A stretch of DNA of 60,844 nucleotides, counting the filler, from Asterionella formosa (taxonomy: Eukaryota): NCBI GenBank assembly GCA_002256025.1. It is 6 parts of 6 records of this genome, joined end to end, with 100 filler letters (N's around TTAATTAATTAA, not from the genome) between each part and the next. Parts side by side here need not be neighbours in the genome. Positions count along the whole stretch, not along the records: positions 30,492 to 40,550 come from NKIB01009932.1; positions 40,651 to 50,700 come from NKIB01009941.1; 4 more parts are not named here. One strand, written 5' to 3'. Shown here piece by piece: positions 37,501 through 49,314 of the stretch. The notes below the pieces were generated by a model. That model was not told the origin of the DNA and did not search any database. It saw only the letters and a list, made by a program, of their open reading frames with translations. A program made the position numbers and the translations under genes. Position 1 is the first letter of the stretch, and every line of letters starts with the position of its first letter.

Positions 37501-38284
37501 NNNNNNNNNNNNNNNNNNNNNNNNNNNNNNNNNNNNNNNNNNNNNNNNNNNNNNNNNNNNNNNNNNNNNNNNNNNNNNNNNNNNNNNNNNNNNNNNNNNN
37601 NNNNNNNNNNNNNNNNNNNNNNNNNNNNNNNNNNNNNNNNNNNNNNNNNNNNNNNNNNNNNNNNNNNNNNNNNNNNNNNNNNNNNNNNNNNNNNNNNNNN
37701 NNNNNNNNNNNNNNNNNNNNNNNNNNNNNNNNNNNNNNNNNNNNNNNNNNNNNNNNNNNNNNNNNNNNNNNNNNNNNNNNNNNNNNNNNNNNNNNNNNNN
37801 NNNNNNNNNNNNNNNNNNNNNNNNNNNNNNNNNNNNNNNNNNNNNNNNNNNNNNNNNNNNNNNNNNNNNNNNNNNNNNNNNNNNNNNNNNNNNNNNNTTG
37901 TGTAGTATACAGCTAGACAGATGTAGAAGACAAATGAACGATGCAAAAACAATCGAATGCAAATGAGATTTTGCGGTCGGCGCCGATGGTGAGATCGAGT
38001 TAACAATCAACCATTTCGTTTCTTTCAAGGAAAAACTTTGGGCACATAAACTGTGATGAAAGAGGGAACAAGGGAGATCGAAAATGTCGATGAACAAGAG
38101 GACAAGGGAAGGGGTGAGTCCAATAACTAACCTGACAAGCTCAAAAGGAGTTTGGAAGGTGTGTTTGTTAAAAGAGTGATTAAAGTAGGTTAACCGGACT
38201 ACAATAGCTAGTCACATGAGTACATAACACTTCATGTGTCAGACAAACAGATGGATCAGCAGGACAGACTAGTGATTGATAACA
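34561..38284 (-). mobile_element. Ty1/Copia LTR retrotransposon with both LTRs, internally deleted and decayed
   Basis: LTRs at 38052..38284 and 34561..34800 with TG...CA ends. ATATC target-site duplication on both flanks. PBS GTTTATGTGCCC after the 5' LTR and PPT GATGGAGGGGA before the 3' LTR. RT motifs GVDYTESFAPT, HLDIGNAFQN and ATDD; RNase H end DHNHVDHFAKAL. Confidence 0.95.
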
Positions 38285-38534
38285 ATATCACTCCCTTGCT
38301 TTTGTTCTTTTTTGAGTGCAGAGTTTGCACCATTGTACTTTGTTCATTTTAAAAATTACATTAAGTCTTTAATTAAATTAAAGCTATCCAATAATCGCAC
38401 TTGTGTCAACATTTTTGAATGGAAATAATTTATATTGGCTTATTCATCTGTGTGATACAAAAGGACCTGTATTTTTGTCGGCTGCACGCCCTGGAACCCT
38501 AGCTAGAGACTACCTGAAAAGACAAGTGAACAAT

Positions 38535-38592
38535 GCATGAATCGAACCAGCCACCGCAGAAGGTGGCTGTGCTAGCCACTAAGCCGTTCCCC
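38535..38592 (-). other. tRNA-like Pol III A/B-box head (SINE fragment or tRNA pseudogene)
   Basis: GGGGAACGGCTTAGTGGCTAGCA-CAGCCACC-ttctgc-GGTGGCTG-GTTCGATTC. It does not form a full cloverleaf. Confidence 0.35.
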
Positions 38593-39399
38593 TGTAATTT
38601 GTTGCCGCCCTGCATTCCTGAAATCCAATGACCTAGTCTATCTCGAACTTCCTTCAAAAGCAGATTGTTTCTTCTGATTGAAAATTTACGATGGCGCTTG
38701 GATTAAGAAAATCGGAACCTCTCCTTGACCGATTTTACTGAATCCTCCAAGGCACCAATCAACCACTTGCTTATTTGATGGTCGTGATTACTTCTCTGAG
38801 ACATGGTGTCTTGAAAAGGCCGGAGGAAATGTTAGCAAGAAATCTCCCTGCTGCTGCCCTTGCTGTGCCACCACCATCACCAGCGAGATGTTGGGTGATT
38901 CCCGAATGTGAAATGAAATCAGCTGGTGATAGGAGGACAACCTCCTGACAGGAAATTTCATGTTGAAGTGATCAATTTGCAATTCACATCAGGTAAATTT
39001 ATGGAAGAATACACTAGTGTTCTGATATGCACAACCAAGGGATAAAGTGAAAAAATAGTAACAATTGAGTTTGAAAAATGGTTTGGGGGAAAAATTCTCT
39101 TGTATCATAGATCAAAATATATGTACGAGACAAGATATGTGACGAGTAAATGGTTAATACATAATGGCTTTGTTATTTATATTTGAATGTTCCATGCATA
39201 CTTAAAATTGATTACATGATAGCTAATATGCATCTCATTGTCATTCTATTACCTACAATGAAGTTTTACTTGCTTCAAATTTTATCGTTTATGTAGTAAG
39301 CAACTTCGATAATTTTGGTCGAAAGATGTGCGTTGTGATCAAATGTTGGCTTGTCTTTGTGCTGTCTGCTGGTCACTATAGCTATGATATGATACATAG

Positions 39400-40150
39400 A
39401 TGGCTGGTTGCTTAAAAATAATAATTATAGTAGCCCACGTAGCACTGGTACAAAATATTGCGCCAATTTGTTTGCTTCAATCGGCTCGCCATGTTGTTCA
39501 ATATTGTCGCTGTTTCCTGTGCAAAAGTGATTCCCCAATGCGTTTGTATAGTCATGAGTGAAATGATTTTTGCAATGTCCGTTTTGGTCAGCCACCATCA
39601 GCAACTCTGCCATTCATGGTGTTTGGTTGCCGGTCAATCAATTCAGGCAATATCTTCACGAAATGTACTCATTTGGCGATAACATGAATTTTAATACTAA
39701 AAGATTGATAAGGTATCTCAACAAGGTGTTTCCAAATCAATCTTTGGAGCCAAAAAGGTCACAATTTCTACAGGCAAGAGGGTTATGGTATTTAGACATG
39801 TGTATTACCAAATGAAGGGCGAAAGTAGGCAAAGATTTATTTATATTACAGGAAAGTCAGTATCAGCGGTTCCTAAGCTTTCTACATATGGGAATTCATC
39901 TGAATGGGAAGAGAAATGTGTTCCATTGAAGAGGCTAGTACTAAGAAGGGGAAGTTGGGGTCATGATGGTCAAAAATTTTGTGGTCTTGTAAATTCATCT
40001 AGTTATGGTAGTAGTAATTCTTCACCTTGACTATTAGAGAATGAAGTTACTCTACATACTGGCTTTGATTCAAAAAATAAAATTTACTATGACTGGTCTA
40101 GGAGAGGAATTAAATTCAAGAAAAAGGAGAAGGCAAAGAAGCAACTAGTA
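39400..40150 (+). mobile_element. Dispersed repeat, degenerate ORF of a DNA transposon (homologous to 42477..43290)
   Basis: Long colinear similarity to a copy on another scaffold. Both encode SRQRFIYITGK.VSAVPK..TYGNSSEWEE.CV.LKRL. Confidence 0.75.
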
Positions 40151-40550
40151 GGCTATCATTGCTAGGGGGGAGTGATCTTTTCATCAGAACTAGCTACAAA
40201 AGTGCGCTGCTCACATAGATCACTACAATCACGATATGTCAGAGCAGGTACGCATATACAACCATCTGCCATCATTGCTGTCATCTCTGTGTTGTATGAG
40301 GACAAATACCAGGATGTGTACTCCAAGACTAGCACCACTAGATTCTTCATTGCTATTGCTTTGTGATTCAAGAGGCTAGAAACACCCCAGAAGATAGCTT
40401 ATATGTATGGTGTTATGTGCAGTACATGCAAACAAATTGTTATCATGAAATAATATTCAAAAATCACTGAAATAGAATGTCTGTTCAGTGTCCTTTACCA
40501 AAGTTAAAAATCCCATGGGGGATGTTCCTCATCATCCTCTGATGAATTCT

Positions 40551-40650
40551 NNNNNNNNNNNNNNNNNNNNNNNNNNNNNNNNNNNNNNNNNNNNTTAATT
40601 AATTAANNNNNNNNNNNNNNNNNNNNNNNNNNNNNNNNNNNNNNNNNNNN
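40551..40650. other. Artificial scaffold linker
   Basis: N44-TTAATTAATTAA-N44. Confidence 0.97.
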
Positions 40651-41929
40651 ACATGAAGAGCAATATCAAGGTCGTATGAATATTACACACGGCGGAACCG
40701 AGGTGGAATGATGAATTACCGTGTACACTCCTACTTATTTGAATAGCGGTATATGACTCATCCTCATGTGATGTTGTTGTCGTGCATGCGCTTGTTGCCG
40801 TTGCATGTATCTGCCTGTTGGTCGTGCGTGACTGGAAATACGAATCCAGGGTACCTGGTAGCCTGATGACAGGTACCTGGTCCCGGGTACCAGATACAAT
40901 AATGTATTAACGTACAGCCTGATACCACAAGGTAATCAATTATAGGGTAAGGTTTGATCCGTTATATTATACACAGCAGGCATTTATTCTAAGAATGCAT
41001 ACCGGTAACAAGAATCTCCACAGCATCCAACAAATACCAAGGCAATTGAAGTTGCAGGTCATCAAATGTCATGATGCGTTCTGTTGGTCAACAAAGCTAA
41101 AGTATTTTAGCCACCACATCGACCAAGACCAAATATGCTTTGTCTTGGTTGAGGATGATTATCAACAAAATATCAAGTATTTGGTCAATTAGACTCTGAC
41201 TGTAGCCAAATTTAAAAAAGCATTTCTATTGGTTTAGATTGTGGCTCGTACCAGCAACCTGACGTTTATGGTTTAAATGAGTGCATACATAATTGCAATA
41301 CATATACCGTATGTAGACAAATAATAAACTAACTTTGAAATGATGCCGGCAGTTATTTAATATATACAATCATCACATCAAATAAGATTTCTTGCTGAAT
41401 GCCTGTGTGTAGCACAGTCCTTCAGGTCCTTGACAATTGACCTTGTCTTGACAGAAATGGTCACTAGGTGGTTTTGCTTGGATAAGAAGTCATGAAAGAA
41501 TTGCGACAAAGACGAGACTTTGCCAACTGTTGTTCCCAAGTTCTCACACTGTGTTGCCAAGGAATTGAATATTTTGGCACTACATGGTTACATCTTGACT
41601 GCAGTTGATTGTCATAGTACTTGTTTAATTCAAGCAAGTTGGCAAAGAAGTCAAGTTGGCACCATTGACAGTGACAAAAAGTCAGTTTGTATCGGCTTGC
41701 GATATTACTGGCTGCCATATCGTCGCCCACTGCCAGATTTACTGGAGCTGCAGGTGACGGAGACAAGAAAGCGATTCAAGCTCGTCTCAAAGAACGAAAA
41801 GATGTCAATATAAGAGACTGGGAAGAACTGAATGACTTTACAGTTGCCAGTGGTAGTAAAAAATTGTTAAATAGTCATTCCGATATACTTCTTCATTTTG
41901 CTACTGTACATACCAGTATGTACTATGTT

Positions 41930-42170
41930 AAAAATGCTGATTTCAGCTTGCTAATTACTAACTGTGGACTTCGTCATTCTGACTGCTGACTTGATTCGCT
42001 GAAAATTTGAAAAAAATCGCTGACTGCTGATTTCATTTGCTGGCTACTGGCATGAAATCCCTGACTGCTAACTTTAAATTCACTGACAGCTGACTTCAAG
42101 TTCATTTTGACGATAAAACAACTAACGGCTTAATGTTTATGCAAACAATTTTTTAAAGAAAAACGGAGTG
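41930..42170. repeat. CTGACTGCTGA array ending in ...AAAAACGGAGTG (CACTCC terminus on the minus strand)
   Basis: Four to five ctgactgct(g/a)a motifs lie just inside a CACT-type end. Confidence 0.45.
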
Positions 42171-42182
42171 GCGCAAAATTTA

Positions 42183-44030
42183 CGGGGTTGACAATTTTTG
42201 GGGGGTGTGCCCTGCCTACTTTCGCATGTGATTCGATGACCCGAAAACGAGCAACCTGCGCGTTATGTGCGCTGATTACCGGATCTTCTAGGGTACGCAA
42301 GGCAGGAGCCCTTGTAGACGCTAAAGCACTGATCATTTTCATGTAGTATATGATTCTGAAAAGCAGGCAAATAATAAAGTTAACATGTCAATGCTAGTAT
42401 GAGCAGTTTAAGCTATCCCCCTAGCTTAAACCAAATTAGGAAAACTGAAGAGAGTTTATCCAATTTTAGATTACTATGGCTGGTTGCATGCTGAAAAAGA
42501 TAATCATAGCAGCCCATGTAGCACGGGTACAAACTATTATCCTTATCCTTACCATAGGAAGGAATGCATTTCGCGCCAATTTGTTTGCTTCGATCGGCTC
42601 ACCATGTTGCTCAACATCGCCGCCGTTTCCTGTGCAAATGTGATTCCCAAAGGCTTTTAGATTCGTTCATATAGTTATGAGTAAAATGCTTTTGGAGAAT
42701 CACTTTTCACATGATATTCAAAAAGTTATAGCAATATCCGTTGTTGCCGCCATCAGGGACCCTGTCATTCATGGTGTTTGGTTGGCGGATTCAGGGAATA
42801 TCTTCACGAAAAGTACTCTTTTGATACATTTTAATACTAATTGATTGATTAGCTAGGTATCTCAATAACGTGATTCCAAATCAATCTTTGGAGCCAAACG
42901 AGGTCATGATTTCCACAGGCAAGAAGGTGATGGTATTTCGACATGATTATCAAACGAAGGGGCAAAAGCAGGCAAAGATTTATTTACATTACAGGAAAGG
43001 CTGTATCAGCGGTTCCTAAGATTCTTACGTATGGGAATTCATCTGAATGGGAAGAGATATGTGTTCGATTGAAGAGGCTACTAAGAAGTGGAATTAAGGT
43101 TAATGATGGTCAAAATTTTCATTATGGTCACCATGTAAATAAATCTAGTAGTGGTAGTTGTAATTCACCTAGACTATTAGAGAAAGAAGTTACTCTACAT
43201 GCTGGCTTTGATTCAAATAGTAAAATTACTATGACTGGTCTAGGAGATGAATTAAAATCAAGGAAAAGGAGAAGGCAAAGAAGCAAATAGTAGAGTACAA
43301 TTACTAGGGTGAAGTGATGAATCATCAGAACTAGCTACAGCGTCATTGTCCCAAGTCTTCGACTTGGGACCACTGAGCAATGACATCCAGCTAATGAGAC
43401 ATCATTTGAGTCATCATACTCCCTGCAATCATCTGCTCCTAGTAACAAAATTAACGACATCCAGAAACAAATAACCACAACAGCAACATATTGGAACTCC
43501 CCTGAAGCCAAGAAACTCTTCAACCCCCTACCAAATGAATCCACCCTGACTGCAATTGACAACCAAAAAGAAATCCTCAGGCAATCAAATAGCTCCAGCT
43601 CTGGATACCTTCCATTGATTCAGAATCTCAACCATGTTAACCAAGAAGATGACATCAACCATCTTCACAAGTGGAACATCCAACAAAAATGTCGATACAT
43701 TGCCTTGCTCTCTCACTCCATCTTGCAAAAGAAAACATGAATATATGGACCTGGGAACATTGTTGCACTGATGCTCTTAAGATTAACCAGCCAAGGACTC
43801 ACACTTGCCACACATGCATACATCATCTCCAAGTAATACCGCAATTTCCGAAAATACCGCAAATTCCAACTGAGAGTGAACTCCAAGGATCTGCCACCCT
43901 TCCTGCATGCCAACCCTGACATCTGAATGAACATTCAACGATATGGCAAAGAAAACTTGGATACCCTTTCCATCGAAATGCTTTTGGAATATATACATGA
44001 CAAAGTCCTACCAGCACTGGCCCATTTGAC
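42183..44030 (+). mobile_element. Degenerate DNA transposon, transposase N-terminal region (IS630/Tc1/mariner-like by inference)
   Basis: Starts TA|CGGGGTTG and includes the repeat shared with 39400..40150. Broken frames read YWNSPEAKKLF, WTWEHCC and DLPPFLHANPD...NLDTLSIEMLLEYIHDKVLP. No DDE core is seen. Confidence 0.5.
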
Positions 44031-44701
44031 ATTCAATGAACTGTTTTCTTGCCGCATTTTACCAAAGCGGTAGAAGTGGTCATCATTCGATGAGTCGCTA
44101 TTGCTGCCCTGTCCTTCATCATCATGTGAAAATGTGGAGTATACCCAACATATCAATTATACTGGTACTACGACATCATTTTAAGTTACACATGAAACTA
44201 TACTCTAGTGCTATTCCTATTCACCACAAACTCAAAATGGAAGGAAGGATCAACTACCGGTATATGATTTTGCTGAGGATATCGGTCCAATCTTGGTTCT
44301 GTATCGTGTTTCATTGTTCTTCTCGTGATTGCGCACCTGCAAAAATTTGTCGGAACTTAGTACGATAAGGTTTCTTAATTGGCGAACTGTCCTGGGATTA
44401 GGTTTGTTATAATTCATTATGATTTTTGATATATTCTCAAGGACCCATCCCGGCAAGCTGCTACCTGGTACCAGTTCAACTTCCGGTACCGGTAGTGTTT
44501 ACTACATAGTGCGATTCTAAGAATTGATGCAGATGGGGCTCGACGTCCCAATGTAGACATGCGCATCTCCACATTTGACTTTTTTACCTAGTCATTCAAA
44601 CTTGCTATTCCATAAATCAAAAATTCAAATCCCATCTCGTTCACTTTGTTACTTGGATAATTTACCGTCGTCAGTTCAGATCTACAAAGCTTTATCTCCT
44701 C

Positions 44702-45248
44702 ATGGAGCCACATCCTACTTCCTGGTACAGGAGTCTAGAATCGCCTCTCCCCGCAGACTTTTGTCTCCCACATGAAAGACGACCAACCCCAACGAATAAC
44801 GAGTACGAGAGGACTCGCGTCTCACCTTTTCCGACGACCCGAAAAAGCTCTACCTCCGTATGGCATGATCCATCCTCGTACACAGCAGTACCTTCCCCTG
44901 AAGTATTGTTGCCTCCACAACAAAAATTTGCCAGCCAAAGCCGCAATGGAGGTGGGGGTGAAGGTAAGAATTTAATCCCTTCCATTTCTCCTGCTGATGT
45001 CTTATTTGGCCGTGGGTGCATTGCTGTGTATCCAGGAAATGTACACTTTCGACAAGTTATCAAGTTGCATCGATTGAACTACATCAATGGCAGACGGCAT
45101 GAAAAGCAAAGCATTGTCGAATTGGTGATGGAGGAGATTCGGTCAAGAGGTGGTCGCTTCTGCAAAAGATACAATCAAACGTGTTGGGAAGTTGTAGATG
45201 ATAAGACAGCACGAAGAAAGACTAGTCAAGCCTTGCGAGAAGGGGCAC
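44702..45248 (+). CDS. DUF6824-domain protein, 3' end in the assembly gap
   Basis: DVLFGRG...PGNVHFR...EKQSIV...IRSRGGRF...WEVVDDKTARRKTSQALRE is the DUF6824 pattern expanded in diatoms. Confidence 0.85.
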
Positions 45249-45961
45249 NNNNNNNNNNNNNNNNNNNNNNNNNNNNNNNNNNNNNNNNNNNNNNNNNNNN
45301 NNNNNNNNNNNNNNNNNNNNNNNNNNNNNNNNNNNNNNNNNNNNNNNNNNNNNNNNNNNNNNNNNNNNNNNNNNNNNNNNNNNNNNNNNNNNNNNNNNNN
45401 NNNNNNNNNNNNNNNNNNNNNNNNNNNNNNNNNNNNNNNNNNNNNNNNNNNNNNNNNNNNNNNNNNNNNNNNNNNNNNNNNNNNNNNNNNNNNNNNNNNN
45501 NNNNNNNNNNNNNNNNNNNNNNNNNNNNNNNNNNNNNNNNNNNNNNNNNNNNNNNNNNNNNNNNNNNNNNNNNNNNNNNNNNNNNNNNNNNNNNNNNNNN
45601 NNNNNNNNNNNNNNNNNNNNNNNNNNNNNNNNNNNNNNNNNNNNNNNNNNNNNNNNNNNNNNNNNNNNNNNNNNNNNNNNNNNNNNNNNNNNNNNNNNNN
45701 NNNNNNNNNNNNNNNNNNNNNNNNNNNNNNNNNNNNNNNNNNNNNNNNNNNNNNNNNNNNNNNNNNNNNNNNNNNNNNNNNNNNNNNNNNNNNNNNNNNN
45801 NNNNNNNNNNNNNNNNNNNNNNNNNNNNNNNNNNNNNNNNNNNNNNNNNNNNNNNNNNNNNNNNNNNNNNNNNNNNNNNNNNNNNNNNNNNNNNNNNNNN
45901 NNNNNNNNNNNNNNNNNNNNNNNNNNNNNNNNNNNNNNNNNNNNNNNNNNNNNNNNNNNNN

Positions 45962-47876
45962 GCAAGGAAGAGCTGCGCTTGATAGACAGAGCTTCTTCAA
46001 AGCAAGTTAATGATCGTTCAAAGTCACCAACTGCCTTGTAGGCTTCACCAAGTTTAAACAGCGTCATGGCAACATCGTCATGACCACATCCCAAAACATT
46101 TTTTTCCATGCGGACTGTTTCCTTATAGCAGTCAATCGCCTCATTGTAACACCCTCGAGCATAATGACACAAACCAACATGATACAAGGTAAAGGATATG
46201 TCATGATCATTATTGTCAAGTTTCGTTTTTCTAATCTGTAATGATTCAGTAAAAAGCTGCAAGGCCGATGTGATGAGGTTTTTTCGAAACAAAATGGTAC
46301 CCAAATGAGTGAGCCAGTCAGCCAATTCCAAATCATCCTCTAGCAAGAGATTGCGGCGCAGTGCAAGTGCTTTCTCTAGATACTTCAAGGCGTTGCTCTC
46401 GTCTCCCATTTGATAATAAATGAATCCAATCGTGTGAATAGTCCACATCACATCGGCATGGCCAAGTCCAAAGATTTTTGTTTGACGTTCACATAATTCC
46501 TTGAAATGTGTCAGTCCAGTATCATATTCATCGCGTAGCACGTAAATCTCGCCAATGTTGCGTAATGTCAGAACAATGTTCGGATGATCGAGGTCCAACA
46601 CCTTTTTTTCCACAAGTAACACATCCTTGTATGTCTTGAGGGCTTCATCTAAGCTCCCTTGTTCATAGTAAAAGTTTCCGACACGTTTCTGCACCATGGC
46701 CACCTGTGGATGAAACTGGCCAAGAGCCGCTTTACTCAAATTAAGAGCATCCTCGTGCAATGGCAATGCAACGTCGTATTCTTTTCGCTCTTGATGGATC
46801 AGTGCCAGTTCACTCAGGACTAAAGCGATGTAAAAATTATCAGTCTTGAATGATAATCGTGCCACATTCAAGGATTCTAGACACATTGCCATGGCTTGGT
46901 CCAAAAGTCCTTTTTGATAAAAACAATGCCCAGCATTAAACGCCGTCGCAGCATAGTCAATGCTGTCTTGGCTCAAACGTAGCTTCCGGATCCGCAAGGC
47001 TCGTTCGAAGTACTCAAGTGCATCGTCAAATTCATCTCGCTGGACATGAACGCGCCCCAAGTTGTTAAGAGTTGTTGCCACCTTCTCGTGTTCGGAACCT
47101 AGTGACACGGATAGAATTACCAGTGCTTCTTGAAAGAGGTTGAGAACATGGTCCATTTTTCGGACCGACTTGTGATAATACAAGACTCCCAAACAGTTCA
47201 AAGTCACTCCGACAGTCAAGTGCTTGTTCCCATACAGAGTCCGTGCATGAGACAAGGCTACACTGTAGTAGGAAATGGCTTGATCCAAGTCACCCACACG
47301 ATAGGCAAGTTGTCCAAGGTTATGATAAAGTGCAACAGCGATACGATGTGAAGGACTATTTGACCTTTGATGAAGAGCGGCTTGTTCGTAACACCGCATG
47401 GCTCCATCAAAGTCGTCCATACGAAGTTTTGCTTGACCTGCGTTGAACAATAAAATGGCAGCCAATTCCTGTGGAGAATCTTCCTCCTGCAGTGATTCAG
47501 TATCGTCAAGGGGGTTCACCCCTTCATCCAAGCCCATCGTTTGATTGAAATTACCGGTTGTTTCAGGAAAGCTTGTTGCTGGTTGAGTCTGACCGATGCA
47601 ACATCGGGATTCAACGACATTCTCTTCCTGTAGACGTTGACGAAGCGATGTTGCCTTTTGAAATAGTTTGGATGCCAAAGGAAAGTTTCCTTGAGAATAC
47701 AAGGAAACAGCTCGATTGTGCAGTTTGACCATGGCTTTTTCCATGTTGACCTTTCTCCTTGCGTCGCTGATCCTCAACACTCCAAAGTACATGGAGAGGA
47801 CTCGACTTATGAAATGAGGACAACTTTCTCCCATGTTGTTGTTTGCTTTGTTGGTTCTGCTGTTGCGATCATGCAT
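45962..47876 (-). CDS. TPR-repeat protein (kinesin light chain / nephrocystin-3-like 42-aa repeats), 3' end in gap
   Basis: Long ORF with repeated H.xVA.TLNNLG.V...A...F..AL.I....LG units. First ATG at 47876. Confidence 0.9.
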
Positions 47877-49314
47877 CGTACCAAAGAATTCGGGGAGGAA
47901 TGTCAATGGACGTTTCAAATGGCAATCACTTTGTCAGGGTCAGAGATGGACGCAGGTGAACTCTACCGGGTAGTGCTTGTGTGTTCTTCGGGTACTAAGG
48001 CACGCTTCAGCAATCTTGAAAAACGATGATTGATTGTAACATGTCGGGACAGCAACCCGTTCGTGTTTTCGATGATGTCGATGATCCCATCTTGGAAAAT
48101 TCTCACCAAAGAACACACTAGTTCCCTGGTACTACAGGTTAAGCAGTGCCATTCTTGGTATACCGGTACCAAGGTAGTAATAAGTAAGCGACATAGAACT
48201 GTTACGTCATTCAACTGAAATGATATGAGCTGGAGAAATCTGGGGAAATTTTCTGTTCTTTAAATTGGATTTGCTCATAGTAAATATATTTTCTGACGCA
48301 GGCAACATGATTAATCTTATGTAAGCTTTATTCCACTCAACTGCTCTTTCTTTATCGATATACTCCGGAGTACCGGTATTAGATTTATTTAGCCAGTATT
48401 AGGTGCCGGCAGGAGAGCGAACGACAGTCCGCGCCTATGTACCGTAATGAAGGAGAAATAACAGCTACCGGTACATACCCACCAAAGTACCAGGTTCCAG
48501 GGTACTGGTACCCTGATACCTAAGAATTTCTAGATCCATCATTACGGACAGACAGCCAATAGGCCAAGCAGCATAGCGGTACCGTGTAGTATTCTAATAC
48601 CTCAGAAATTGCACCACGTCATCCTTTAGCTATCGTTAGTCTGACACTGCAATATGAAATGGTCAAATAGCAGATTGCAGGAGGTTGGACATCAAACCAA
48701 GACTGAAATAAGAGATGCTATATTGCTCCTACTAGAAAGTCTAGCTAATTGGTGAGTTGACTACCGGTACCGAAGAATTCCATTTTGCAGGATGAGCACT
48801 ATGTTGCTGTGATGCCTCATCTACTTCCCAAGATGAAGAAATACACGGGCACCAAACATTTTATGTTGCCTTGACAGGTTGTTTTCTCATGTGCTTGATG
48901 AATTAATTCACTAGAGGTACTATTGGAGTGGAAATGATTATTTCACGCCAAAATCAAGTGAGAAATAGATCTTGGGAATCCTCTTTGATCAAGGAGTAGG
49001 TACATGATGGAGACAAGATTCCTACCTAGTGGTATACTTTTGTACGTGTGACTGGCATGTAGTATAAGTACCGGTATGCTGATCAATTTCCTTACAAAAG
49101 TGCACCTTTTATTTTGCTCACTGTTTGACCCACAATCACAACCGAAATCCGGGAAGAATATTGGAAAAGGGGCAGAGATGAACTAAGATGAAAAGAACAT
49201 AGACCGAGCCTCAATGTTGTACTTGAAACAGTCATTTTCGAAATAAAATGTCACTCTATTTGTAATACATTTAATTGGTACTAAAATGTGTGTCATGCCA
49301 TAGCTTCTCGCTGT

